This document shows, piece by piece, positions 19,738 through 28,724 of a DNA stretch of 64,000 nucleotides; the stretch's first letter is position 1, and every line of letters begins with the position of its first letter. The translations under genes were made by a program, and so were the position numbers. This stretch comes from an uncultured Actinomycetota bacterium (lineage in GTDB: Bacteria > Actinomycetota > Actinomycetes > JAHEKZ01), in contig CAWHIJ010000003.1 of NCBI GenBank assembly GCA_963829525.1, positions 526,632 through 590,631 on the forward strand, written 5' to 3'. Under the pieces are notes generated by a model. That model was not told the origin of the DNA. It was given only the letters and a program-made list of their open reading frames with translations, and searched no databases.

Positions 19738-19755
19738 TGACTGAACGATCAGTCA
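19738..19755. promoter_or_regulatory. Perfect 7-4-7 inverted repeat TGACTGA-ACGA-TCAGTCA between the divergent Rieske oxygenase and FAD monooxygenase genes
   Basis: The palindrome is visible in the sequence and lies 38 bp upstream of the Rieske start and about 100 bp upstream of the monooxygenase start. It is operator-like, but the cognate regulator is unknown. Confidence 0.4.
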
Positions 19756-19856
19756 GTGAAGCAGGATACCGCGACACCCAGGTCCTGGGGAAGAAGGCGG
19801 GGACGCTCACCCAGGTGGTGTCGTAGGGTCGTTCGGACTGAGGGCGGGAGCGCCGG

Positions 19857-21098
19857 GTGGACGTCGTGGTGGTCGGGGCGGGTATCGGTGGGCTCACGGC
19901 TGCCCTCAGCCTCCATGCCGCCGGACTTGACCGGGTGCAACTGCTCGAGTCGGCGACCCGGATCCAACCACTTGGTGTGGGGATCAACGTGCTCCCGCAC
20001 GCGGTCCGGGAGCTGACCGAGCTGGGCCTGGCGGACGCTCTGGACAAGATCGGCGTCGCCACGGCCGAGCTGGCGTACTACGACCGCCACGGAAGCAGGA
20101 TCTGGTCCGAACCGCGCGGTCTCGATGCCGGTTACCACTGGCCTCAGTACTCAGTGCATCGCGGCCACCTCCAGATGCTCCTCCTCGACACCGTTCGGGA
20201 ACGACTCGGGGCAGATGCGGTGACTTGTGGCGCCAGGGTGCGCTGGGTGAGTAGTGACGACGAAGGGGCCACCGTCATCTGGGGTGACCTCGACCAGCCC
20301 CGGCAGACGCGGGCAGATGTCGTGGTCGCCGCCGACGGGATCCACTCGGCGGTGCGCGCAGAGCGGCACCCCGACGAAGGATCACCGATCTGGAACGGGT
20401 CCGTGCTCTGGCGCGGCACCTCGTACGCGTCCCCCTTCCTGACCGGCCGAAGCATGATCATGGCCGGTCATCGTGACCTGAAGTTCGTGGCGTATCCGAT
20501 TGGGCCGGTCCGCGACGGCGTCCAGCTGATCAACTGGATCGCCGAACGTCGAGCGCCTGACGAGTACTTCGCCCCCGAGGACTGGAACCGCGAGGTGGAC
20601 ACGGAGGTCTTCGCCGACCACTTCAAGCAGTGGCGATTCCCTTGGCTTGACGTCCCACAGCTCATCTCGACCGCCTCCACCGTCCTGGAGTACCCGATGG
20701 TCGACCGCCCGCCGTTGGATGACTGGACCGAAGGAAGGGTGACCCTTCTGGGCGACGCCGCACATCCGACTTTTCCGATCGGGTCCAACGGTTCATCCCA
20801 GGCCATCTTGGACGCCCGCGTCCTGGCCAGCTGCTTGGCGTCGTACCCCGTGGACGAGGGCCTTCGGCGTTACGTGGACCTCCGGCTTCCACCGACGCGG
20901 GCCCTGCAGCAGGCGAACCGCTCGATGGGACCGGAGATCGTCATGCAGCTTGCGCACGAGCGGGCGCCAGAGGGATTCGCCACCGCCCACGACGTGTTCG
21001 CTCCGGGTGAGCTGGCAGGGCTGGCCGCCGAGTACAAGCGGGTGGCGGGGTTCCTCCCCGACGAGCTCAATGACCGCGCTTCGTGGAGTGTCCGGTGA
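19857..21098 (+). CDS. FAD-dependent aromatic monooxygenase (salicylate hydroxylase/PHBH-like)
   Basis: The N-terminal dinucleotide-binding motif VDVVVVGAGIGGLTAAL is present, with DG and GD motifs later (VVAADGIHSAVR, LLGDAAHP). Confidence 0.8.
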   Translation: MDVVVVGAGIGGLTAALSLHAAGLDRVQLLESATRIQPLGVGINVLPHAVRELTELGLADALDKIGVATAELAYYDRHGSRIWSEPRGLDAGYHWPQYSVHRGHLQMLLLDTVRERLGADAVTCGARVRWVSSDDEGATVIWGDLDQPRQTRADVVVAADGIHSAVRAERHPDEGSPIWNGSVLWRGTSYASPFLTGRSMIMAGHRDLKFVAYPIGPVRDGVQLINWIAERRAPDEYFAPEDWNREVDTEVFADHFKQWRFPWLDVPQLISTASTVLEYPMVDRPPLDDWTEGRVTLLGDAAHPTFPIGSNGSSQAILDARVLASCLASYPVDEGLRRYVDLRLPPTRALQQANRSMGPEIVMQLAHERAPEGFATAHDVFAPGELAGLAAEYKRVAGFLPDELNDRASWSVR

Positions 21099-21511
21099 CA
21101 CCGATCGCGGCGCCTCGGCTGCGATGGGTAGCGCACGCCGCAGTTGAGGTCGGTGCCCCTATTCCGCTGGATGTGGTGCCCGATGGGCGTCGGCAACTGA
21201 TTCCGGTCCGAGGTGGTCGGGTAACCGGTGAGTGGAACGGCACCATCCTCGACGGCGGCGCAGATCGGCAAACCGTCCACGACGACGGGTCGGTCACCAT
21301 CGATGCCCGCTACCCGGTGCAGATCGGCGACGGGACCACGGTGACCTTCATCGCCAGAGGGGTCCGGCTCGTTGGTGGTGGGGATGGTGCTTTCTCAACC
21401 TCGCTGCTGCTCGAGGGTGCGGCCCCGGAGGGCATAGGAGCCACCGTCTATCTCGCAACGGGGTGCAAGGGTGTCGGGGCGGTCGAGTTCGACATCTTCG
21501 AGGTGGCATGA
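21083..21511 (+). CDS. DUF3237 family protein (small beta-barrel, function unknown)
   Basis: The family pattern is present (…LIPVRGGRVTGEWNGTILDGGADRQ…DARYPVQIGDGT). The GTG start overlaps the 3' end of the monooxygenase. Confidence 0.55.
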   Translation: MECPVTPIAAPRLRWVAHAAVEVGAPIPLDVVPDGRRQLIPVRGGRVTGEWNGTILDGGADRQTVHDDGSVTIDARYPVQIGDGTTVTFIARGVRLVGGGDGAFSTSLLLEGAAPEGIGATVYLATGCKGVGAVEFDIFEVA

Positions 21512-21978
21512 CAGACACGTCAGACGCACCACCGATGACGCTCGTCTTCACCATCGACGTGTCGGTACAGGCGCCGGTGCTTCTGGCAGACTCGTCCGCA
21601 GGCCGACGTGTCTTCATCCCCATCGTCGGAGGCACTGTTCGCGGCTCCAGCCTGCGGGGCGAGATTCTCGCCGGAGGCGGAGACTGGGCGGTCGAGCGCC
21701 CCAGCGGGGTGATGGACATCCACGCGCACTACCTGATCCGCTCCGACGACGGCGTTGTGATCGAGGTCGACAACAGGGGTCACTGGCGCGAAGTGCCAGG
21801 CGAGTCACCGTACTTCGTGACGACGCCGGTCTTCTCCGTGGGTTCCGACCGGTACCGGTGGCTCACGCACCATGTCTTCATCGGCATGATGCACGAGGTC
21901 GATGAGACACGCATCATGATCGATGTCTACGCTGCCGAGCCGCCGAGGAACGTGGGCGGCACGGATGTCGACACATGA
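21508..21978 (+). CDS. DUF3237 family protein, a tandem paralogue of the preceding gene
   Basis: The same domain architecture is seen (FIPIVGGTVRGSSLRGEILAGGGDW…DIHAHYLIRSDDG). ATG 21508 overlaps the upstream stop (ATGA). The track ORF 21232-21978 is the same frame extended upstream. Confidence 0.55.
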   Translation: MTDTSDAPPMTLVFTIDVSVQAPVLLADSSAGRRVFIPIVGGTVRGSSLRGEILAGGGDWAVERPSGVMDIHAHYLIRSDDGVVIEVDNRGHWREVPGESPYFVTTPVFSVGSDRYRWLTHHVFIGMMHEVDETRIMIDVYAAEPPRNVGGTDVDT

Positions 21979-22050
21979 CCGGCACGCTGCCTGAGCTGTT
22001 CGCCACCCGGGCGCCAGACCCCTCTCGACCCTTCCTGCGCGAGGCTCGAG

Positions 22051-23460
22051 GTGGCGTCGCGCAGCTATCTCGATCTCGAGACGGAAGTCTCCCGCTGGGC
22101 GGGTGGACTGGTGGCGTCCGGCGTTTGCCCGGGTGACCGAGTCGTCTACCAGGTCGAGAAGTCGCCGGCGGTGCTGACGCTGCACCTGGCACTCCTCCGG
22201 TGTGGCGCAGTCCAGGTGCCGGTCAACCCCGCCTACGCGGACAGCGAAGTGGCCGCCCTTTTGGTCGATGCGGATCCGGCGCTGGTGATTCGTGATCCCG
22301 CAAGGGTGGTGCTTCCCGGCGAGTGGCAATCGCTCACGCTTGATGCGAGTGGCAATGGGAGCGCATGCGAGCTGGCGAGCGACGCCGACATCGCGATGCC
22401 GGCGCTTGATTCAGCTGATGGCGCGGCACTGCTCTACACGTCGGGAACGACGGGACGCCCTAAAGGTGCGCTGCTGACGCACTCAAACCTTGTCTGCAAC
22501 GCCAAGACGCTGGTCGACGCATGGGGTTTCAGCAAAGAGGACGTGCTGCTGCACATTCTGCCGCTCTTCCACACGCACGGACTCTTCGTCGCCACTCACT
22601 GTGTGCTGGCAAGCGGGGCTTCGATGGTGTTTCTTCCAGCCTTCGATGTCTCGCAGATCGTGGAGGAACTACCGCGGTGCTCGGTGCTGATGGGCGTCCC
22701 CACGCACTACTCACGGCTGCTGGCCGATGATCGCTTCAACGCGAGCCGGGTCCGTGGCATGCGTCTCTTTGTCTCGGGCTCGGCACCGATGACCCCCGCT
22801 CTGCACTCGGCGTTCGAGGCGCAGACCGGACGGACTGTTCTGGAACGCTACGGAATGACCGAGACGTCCATGCTCACGTCGAATCCACTCGATGGTGTTC
22901 GCAAGCCGGGAAGCGTTGGTCCACCGCTCCCGGGGGTCGCCGTGCGGGTCGTCGACGACGAGGAGACGCCCATGGTCACGGGATCTGTCGGGCACGTACA
23001 GGTGCGGGGGCCCAATGTCTTTGGCGGCTACTGGCGGCGTCCAGATCTGGCTGATGAAACCTTCACCGAGGACGGATGGTTCCGGACCGGTGATCTCGGC
23101 GCTTTCGACTCCGACGGCTATCTCGAGCTAGTGGGCCGGTCGAAGGACCTGGTGATCTCGGGTGGTCTGAACGTTTACCCGCGGGATGTCGAGGATGTAC
23201 TGGACGCGCTTGTGGGAGTTCAGGAGTCTGCAGTCTTCGGCGTCCCCGACCGGGACCTCGGCGAACGGCTCGTTGCGGTGGTCGTCGCCGACGATGGCGT
23301 TGCTCTTGACCCAGAAACGCTGAGAGCTGCGTCCCGCGAGCAGTTGGCCGGCTACCAGGTTCCCAAGAAGATCACCATTGTCGAATCCCTGCCGCGCAAC
23401 GCGATGGGAAAGGTGGAGAAGGGCGCTCTTCGTGAGGCGGCAAGGGGATGGATGACGTGA
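22051..23460 (+). CDS. Acyl-CoA synthetase / AMP-dependent ligase (MatB/FadD-like). The N-terminal 25 codons appear to lie in another frame starting at ATG 21975.
   Basis: It carries the AMP-binding motifs LLYTSGTTGRPKGALLTH, YGMTE and GWFRTGDLG. Upstream ATG 21975 (overlapping the DUF3237 stop as ATGA) encodes MTGTLPELFATRAPDPSRPFLREA, a typical ligase N-terminus, but in the -1 frame relative to 22051. Confidence 0.75.
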   Translation: MASRSYLDLETEVSRWAGGLVASGVCPGDRVVYQVEKSPAVLTLHLALLRCGAVQVPVNPAYADSEVAALLVDADPALVIRDPARVVLPGEWQSLTLDASGNGSACELASDADIAMPALDSADGAALLYTSGTTGRPKGALLTHSNLVCNAKTLVDAWGFSKEDVLLHILPLFHTHGLFVATHCVLASGASMVFLPAFDVSQIVEELPRCSVLMGVPTHYSRLLADDRFNASRVRGMRLFVSGSAPMTPALHSAFEAQTGRTVLERYGMTETSMLTSNPLDGVRKPGSVGPPLPGVAVRVVDDEETPMVTGSVGHVQVRGPNVFGGYWRRPDLADETFTEDGWFRTGDLGAFDSDGYLELVGRSKDLVISGGLNVYPRDVEDVLDALVGVQESAVFGVPDRDLGERLVAVVVADDGVALDPETLRAASREQLAGYQVPKKITIVESLPRNAMGKVEKGALREAARGWMT

Positions 23461-24881
23461 GCCACGCAGAGAGGGCGAGGCTGTTCGACTATTCCGCGCT
23501 CGCGCTGAGTGATGCCATTCGGCGCCGTGAGCTCTCCTGCGTCGAGGTGGTGGGTGCCCATCTTGACCGGATCGACGCTATCGATGAGAGGTTCCATGCG
23601 TTCATCAGTCGACGGCCCCGTGACGAGATCCTGAAGGAGGCCTCCGAGCGCGACGGCGATCTGGACCGGGGTACGTGGCGTGGCTGGATGCACGGTCTAC
23701 CTCATGCGGTGAAGGACCTAGCGGCTGTCCGGGGGCTACCGACGACGTCCGGCTTCCATCCACCAGCAGGCACCCCTGCGGCCGAACATGACGACCCGTT
23801 CGTAGCCAGGATCCGGGAGTCCGGAGCGGTCTTCATCGGTAAGACCAACACCCCCGAGTTCGGCTTGGGGTCGCACACCTACAACGCGATTGGACCGACC
23901 ACAGGCAATGTCGTCGATCCAGCGCTGAGTGCTGGAGGCAGCAGCGGCGGAGCAGCAGTGGGAGTCGCGTCAGGGATGGTTCCCGTTGCAGACGGGAGTG
24001 ACTTCATGGGGTCGCTGCGCAATCCGCCTGGTTGGAACGGCGTCTTGGGGCTGCGTCCGTCACCCGGCGTCATCCTCGGCTCTGGGGAGAACCCGGTTTC
24101 GCCGGGTCTCGGGGTCGATGGCCCTATCGCTCGGTCAGTAGGCGATCTATCGGCCTTGCTCGTCACCATGGCTGAGCCGGGCATGTTCGCCCAGCACGAC
24201 GCTCCACACGAGACCTGGCCGCCACGGGTGGGCTGGCTCGGTGACCTGGATGGCTACCTGCCGTTCGAGGATGGCGTCCTGGAGACCTGCAGGGAGGCGC
24301 TGCATCACTGGTCGCCGACAGCAGAAGAGGTCTTGCTGCCGGCCGCCGGCGTCTATCAGGGCACCAGCCAGCTGTGGCCGACATGGCTGACGTTGCGCCA
24401 TCTGGAGGTGGGTTCGTGGCTGGCGTCGGAGTTCACCGATGACGAGATCAGCCGCATGAAGCCCGAGGCGTGGTGGGAGTTGGAAGGATTCCGAGCCTTG
24501 GCCAACAGACAGGTGAACTACGCGCGGCAGGTGCAACACGATCTGAGGCGCGCAGTTCTCGCCATGCTCGACCGGTTCGATCTGCTGGCGCTTCCGACTG
24601 CACAATGCTGGCCGTTCAGGGCAAGTCAGCACTGGCCTTCTGCGATCGCGGGCGTGGCGATGGATACCTATCACCGGTGGATGGAAGTGACAACGCTCGC
24701 GACTCTTGCGGGCTGTCCGGTGATCGTGGTGCCGGCTGGGGTCAACGAAGCTGGCCTGCATATTGGGCTGCAGCTCATCGGGCGTCCTGGCGACGAACTG
24801 GGTCTGCTCTCGTGGGCGGAGCAGGCTGAGCGACGCGAGATCTTCACGGTTGCCCCACCGTCCCAGGTGTCACGACCTTGA
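23448..24881 (+). CDS. Amidase (amidase-signature family)
   Basis: The Gly/Ser-rich signature is present (…GGSSGGAAVGVASGMVPVADGSDFMGSLRNP…). It overlaps the ligase gene by 13 nt. Confidence 0.85.
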   Translation: MDDVSHAERARLFDYSALALSDAIRRRELSCVEVVGAHLDRIDAIDERFHAFISRRPRDEILKEASERDGDLDRGTWRGWMHGLPHAVKDLAAVRGLPTTSGFHPPAGTPAAEHDDPFVARIRESGAVFIGKTNTPEFGLGSHTYNAIGPTTGNVVDPALSAGGSSGGAAVGVASGMVPVADGSDFMGSLRNPPGWNGVLGLRPSPGVILGSGENPVSPGLGVDGPIARSVGDLSALLVTMAEPGMFAQHDAPHETWPPRVGWLGDLDGYLPFEDGVLETCREALHHWSPTAEEVLLPAAGVYQGTSQLWPTWLTLRHLEVGSWLASEFTDDEISRMKPEAWWELEGFRALANRQVNYARQVQHDLRRAVLAMLDRFDLLALPTAQCWPFRASQHWPSAIAGVAMDTYHRWMEVTTLATLAGCPVIVVPAGVNEAGLHIGLQLIGRPGDELGLLSWAEQAERREIFTVAPPSQVSRP

Positions 24882-24908
24882 CGCGAAGCAACCCAGTCTC
24901 GCTGCGCC

Positions 24909-25911
24909 TCACCGTTTGAGGGTTGCCACCATGAGGGCCTTGATCGTGTGCAGCCGGTTCTCTGCCTGGTCGAAGGCGATGTTGGCCGACGACCGGAAGA
25001 CCTCGTCGGTGACCTCAAGGCCGCCCGTGACACCAGTGAGCGCAGCCACCTCACGGCCCACCCTGGTGTGCTCGTCGTGGAATGCCGGCAGGCAGTGCAT
25101 GAACTTGGGGTTCGGGTGGCCGGTCTTGGCCATGGCGGCGGCGTTCACCTGGTAGGGCATGAGCTCGCGGACGCGTGACTCCCACACCTCCGGTGGCTCA
25201 CCCATCGAGACCCAGACGTCGGTGTGCACGAACTCAGCGCCGCGTAGGCCCTCGTCGGGGTCCTCGGTCAACGTGATCGTGGCGCCGGAACGTTCAGCAT
25301 GCTCGCGGGCGATGGCCTGCACTTCGGCGTCCGGCCAGAGTGCCTTGGGAGCACAGATGCGGACGTCCGAGCCCATGATGGCACCCATCACCAGCAGGGA
25401 ACGGCCCATGTTGAAGCGGCCGTCTCCCAGGAAGCAGTAGCTGGGGCTGGTCGTGACGCCCTCCGCGTGCTCCTCCATGGTCAGGAAGTCCGCAAGCATC
25501 TGTGTGGGGTGCCACTCGTCGGTGAGCCCGTTGTAGACGGGGACGTCGGCATGCTCGGCAAGCTCTTCGATCGTGGACTGGGACTTGCCACGAAACTGGA
25601 TGGCGTCGAACATGCCGGCGAGGACGCGACCGGTGTCGGCCGCCGACTCCTTGTGACCGAGCTGCGACGACGATGGGTCGAGGTAGGTGACATGGGCCCC
25701 CTGGTCGTAGGCGGCGACCTCGAAGGCGCAGCGGGTACGGGTCGACGTCTTCTCGAAGATCAGAGCGATGGAGCGACTGCTGAGGTGACGCTCCTCGGTG
25801 CCCGACCGCTTACCATCCTTGAGCTGGGCAGCGAGATCGATCAGATGCTGCAGCTCATCCCGGGTGAAGTCGATCTCCTTTAAGAAGTCACGATCCTTGA
25901 GGACGTCGCTC
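24909..25911 (-). CDS. argF: Ornithine carbamoyltransferase-type transcarbamylase
   Basis: It shows STRTRCAFE (carbamoyl-phosphate binding), [12 protein letters not shown] and HCLPAFHD. The proposed start is ATG 25911 ([10 protein letters not shown]…), because the longer track ORF extends over the adjacent gene. The genomic context is not an arg operon, so the substrate (ornithine or another amine) is uncertain. Confidence 0.8.
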
Positions 25912-26016
25912 ATCGACGGCACCACCCTTTCGTCGGTTCGGATCCTAACGAGCCTGCGACACCAGGCGTTGCTAGGTGTCGCGCTCTGCGCGGTGCCAGC
26001 ACCTACCCTGTGGGCC

Positions 26017-26613
26017 GTGACGAACTTGCCGCGCAATCGGGCCATCGCACTCACGATCTTTGGACTCACCGTCGTGCAGCTGGCCGTCGCTGCCTTCGTC
26101 CCAGGCCTGGAGCAGTTCGAGGGCAAAGGTTTCGGCGCGAGGCTCATGGCCTACCCCGCGATGATGCTCATCGTCCCTGTGCTCTATCGGGTCTGGTCGA
26201 GGCGCAGGAGCCCGGTGCCGGAGACGCCATGGGCTGCCTACGCGTTTCTCTGGGCGCCCTTCCTGATCGACGTCACTGGCAACACGCTCAACCTCTATGA
26301 CGCCGTGGTGTGGTGGGACGACGCCAACCACTTCGTCAACTGGTTCCTGCTCTCCGCCGGCGTCGGACTGATTCTGTCCAGGACTTCCACACTCCCGCCG
26401 TGGGCGCTCGGCTGGCTGGTCGTCGGGATTGGTGCGATCTTGGCCATCACCTGGGAACTCGGCGAGTGGTACACCTTCATCAGACATGGAACCGAGCTCA
26501 ACACCGCTTATGAAGACACCCTCTTTGACGAGTTCCTCGGGACGATGGGGGCAGGAGTCGCGGGGATCTGGATGGCGGTCCGTCGAAGGGGTGAGATCAG
26601 GCGCGAGGCTTGA
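26017..26613 (+). CDS. Hypothetical integral membrane protein
   Basis: It has several hydrophobic helices ([45 protein letters not shown]). The start (GTG 26017 or 25993) is uncertain, and the track ORF starts inside the OTCase gene. Confidence 0.45.
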   Translation: MTNLPRNRAIALTIFGLTVVQLAVAAFVPGLEQFEGKGFGARLMAYPAMMLIVPVLYRVWSRRRSPVPETPWAAYAFLWAPFLIDVTGNTLNLYDAVVWWDDANHFVNWFLLSAGVGLILSRTSTLPPWALGWLVVGIGAILAITWELGEWYTFIRHGTELNTAYEDTLFDEFLGTMGAGVAGIWMAVRRRGEIRREA

Positions 26614-27682
26614 CCTTCGTCGGGTCGAAGATTGACAGGTCTGCAACGGTGGCCGTCGTACCACCGACGTCCACGACGGTGTCGTTACGGGCAGCAGAAG
26701 ATTCCATGATCGCTAACGCAATGGCACCAAAGCGTGGACTGTTGGTTGGACTCGTGAGCGTCCCAACGACCCGTCCGTCTTTGGTGACCTCGGAACCGCC
26801 CTCGGGAAGCTCGCCAGCCTCCAGACGCAGCGTCTTCAGACGTCGGGGCGGTTGGGATGCGGTCTTCTGCAACACGTCCTTGCCGAGGTAGTCGATGTCT
26901 GGTGCAAAGCTGACCATGCGGTCCATGCCCAGGTCGAACGGCGTCAACTGACCTGGTTCGTACTCGAACTCGAAGACGATGAGACCAGCCTCGATACGGG
27001 CGATGTCGATGGCGTTGAAGCCGACCGGCCGAACTCCGGCATCTGCCAAGGCGAGCCAGAGTCGCTCAGCCTCAGCACGCGTCGGGATGAGTTCATATCC
27101 GAGCTCTCCGGAGAACCCGGTACGGGAAATGAAGACTTCGATACCAGCGATCGTCACCGGCTCTGTGAACCGGAAGTAGGGGAGGCGGGAGAAGTCGAAG
27201 TCACTGAGGGACTGGAGGATCTCGCGCGACCGCGGACCTTGCACCGATACCAGTGGCATCTCGTGCAGCCGGTTGACCATTGTCACGTCAGCGTTGGGTG
27301 AGTGCTCACGCACGAACCCGTCGAAGGTGTCGGTGTTGGTGAAGGCGAAGTATGAGCCATCAGCGCGTTTGTAGATCGTGCCCTCGTCCATCATCACGCC
27401 ACCGCCATTGACGAAGGCCCCGTAGCGAACCTGGTCGACTTGTTGGGTGGCCAGGTTGTTGGTGAAGCCGCGCTGAAGTGCGGCCTGGGCGTCCGGGCCG
27501 GTCACGTGCCACTTGTTCAGCGCATAGACGTCCCACATCCCCGCACCGGACCGAAGTGACTCGTACTCGGCGAGGACATCTCCGAAGTCGAGGGTCCACA
27601 TCCATCCACCGAAGTCGTCGAAGGTCCCCCCTTGGCGTTCCTGGACGTCAAAGAGGACAGAGCGAATCGGTGCGTCAGTCAT
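26597..27682 (-). CDS. Aminomethyltransferase (GcvT) family protein, possibly a tetrahydrofolate-dependent demethylase
   Basis: It matches the GcvT fold over its full length (…NKWHVTGPDA…, …FISRTGFSGELGYELI…). Confidence 0.7.
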   Translation of the reverse strand: MTDAPIRSVLFDVQERQGGTFDDFGGWMWTLDFGDVLAEYESLRSGAGMWDVYALNKWHVTGPDAQAALQRGFTNNLATQQVDQVRYGAFVNGGGVMMDEGTIYKRADGSYFAFTNTDTFDGFVREHSPNADVTMVNRLHEMPLVSVQGPRSREILQSLSDFDFSRLPYFRFTEPVTIAGIEVFISRTGFSGELGYELIPTRAEAERLWLALADAGVRPVGFNAIDIARIEAGLIVFEFEYEPGQLTPFDLGMDRMVSFAPDIDYLGKDVLQKTASQPPRRLKTLRLEAGELPEGGSEVTKDGRVVGTLTSPTNSPRFGAIALAIMESSAARNDTVVDVGGTTATVADLSIFDPTKVKPRA

Positions 27683-27713
27683 GGCACCACTCTGGCGAGA
27701 ACTAACTGACCAG

Positions 27714-28688
27714 TCAATCAGTCAAGCCGAGAACCCTTCGAGCGTTCTCGGAGTACAGGCCGGGGAGGTATCGCGGTTCGACGGCCGCCCCATTGATGGC
27801 CCAGTTGCCTTGCGGCGGGATCGGGTCGCCGGAGTAGGCGAAGTCGCGATCGTCGGTCTCCAGGAAACGGCGATGCCGTGCGTAGTCATCGGCGCTCGGC
27901 GGAAAGCAGTCCGTTCCGAAGAGGACGCGGTCGGGAAACGCTGAGACGAGCTTGGCAAAAGCGTGTGGTCGCCGGCCTAGCTCACCGAGGCGTCCCGCGA
28001 TGTCGACGTTCCAGTGGGGGTGGGAGGCCAACATCTGACCCACCCCCAGGAGGTCCTCAGCCCAACAGCCGACGTGGGCGCCGATGAATGTGGTTCCGGG
28101 GCACTGTGTGACAAGCCGATCAAGGCTGCCCATGAGGTCGGAGAAGCTTGGCAGCCCAGCCCCTCCGAACCACCACTCCGGATGCACTTGCAGCTCGTCC
28201 CACCGTTCGTTCTCTTCGGTGAGTGGCTCGAAGAACGCGACGGGATCGGCGGTGTGGATCAGAACCGGCAACGCGAGCTCGCCCGCTGCCTGAAGGACCG
28301 CGACAACGCGAGGGTCATCAGGCATGACAAGCGCGCCAGACGCGTCGCGCACTCCGAGGCCAAGGTCCTTCCACACCTTGACGCCTCGAGCCCCCGCGGC
28401 ACATGAGGCCGCAAGCTGCGTCGTCATCGCCTCGATGGCCAGGCGTGAGTCGGACTCAGACTGGAGAGCGGACCAGTCGACTTGGCAGAAAGTGAGAATG
28501 CGCCGAGGGTGTCTGGCGTCGTACCTGGCGATGTTGGCGACCAGCTCATCTCCCCACCGACCATCGAGATTGACGATGGTTTCGACGCCGGCCGCATCGA
28601 GCATCGTCAGGAACCCATCGACATCTCTGACCAGCCAGTCGCCGTCCTCGGAGAGCCAGCGGCCGAGGTGATTGTGTGCGTCGATCAC
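27714..28688 (-). CDS. Amidohydrolase_2 (TIM-barrel metal-dependent hydrolase/decarboxylase, ACMSD/LigI/LigW-type) family protein
   Basis: The N-terminal MIDAHNHLG metal-binding motif is present, with HTADP, GAHVGCWAED and GTDCFP elements downstream. Confidence 0.7.
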   Translation of the reverse strand: MIDAHNHLGRWLSEDGDWLVRDVDGFLTMLDAAGVETIVNLDGRWGDELVANIARYDARHPRRILTFCQVDWSALQSESDSRLAIEAMTTQLAASCAAGARGVKVWKDLGLGVRDASGALVMPDDPRVVAVLQAAGELALPVLIHTADPVAFFEPLTEENERWDELQVHPEWWFGGAGLPSFSDLMGSLDRLVTQCPGTTFIGAHVGCWAEDLLGVGQMLASHPHWNVDIAGRLGELGRRPHAFAKLVSAFPDRVLFGTDCFPPSADDYARHRRFLETDDRDFAYSGDPIPPQGNWAINGAAVEPRYLPGLYSENARRVLGLTD

Positions 28689-28724
28689 CCCAGCATTGTG
28701 ACGCCTAACCCGCCGAGGTACTGC

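Noticed and set aside
21232-21978. The 248-aa ORF as a single gene
   Set aside because: Its upstream 90 codons overlap the first DUF3237 gene in another frame. ATG 21508, with an ATGA stop/start overlap, gives a 156-aa protein of family-typical length.
25798-26147. Upstream extensions of the membrane protein ORF (from 25798) and of the OTCase ORF (to 26147)
   Set aside because: The extensions overlap each other on opposite strands and have implausible composition. The internal starts (OTCase [10 protein letters not shown] at 25911 and the membrane protein at GTG 26017) match the family N-termini.
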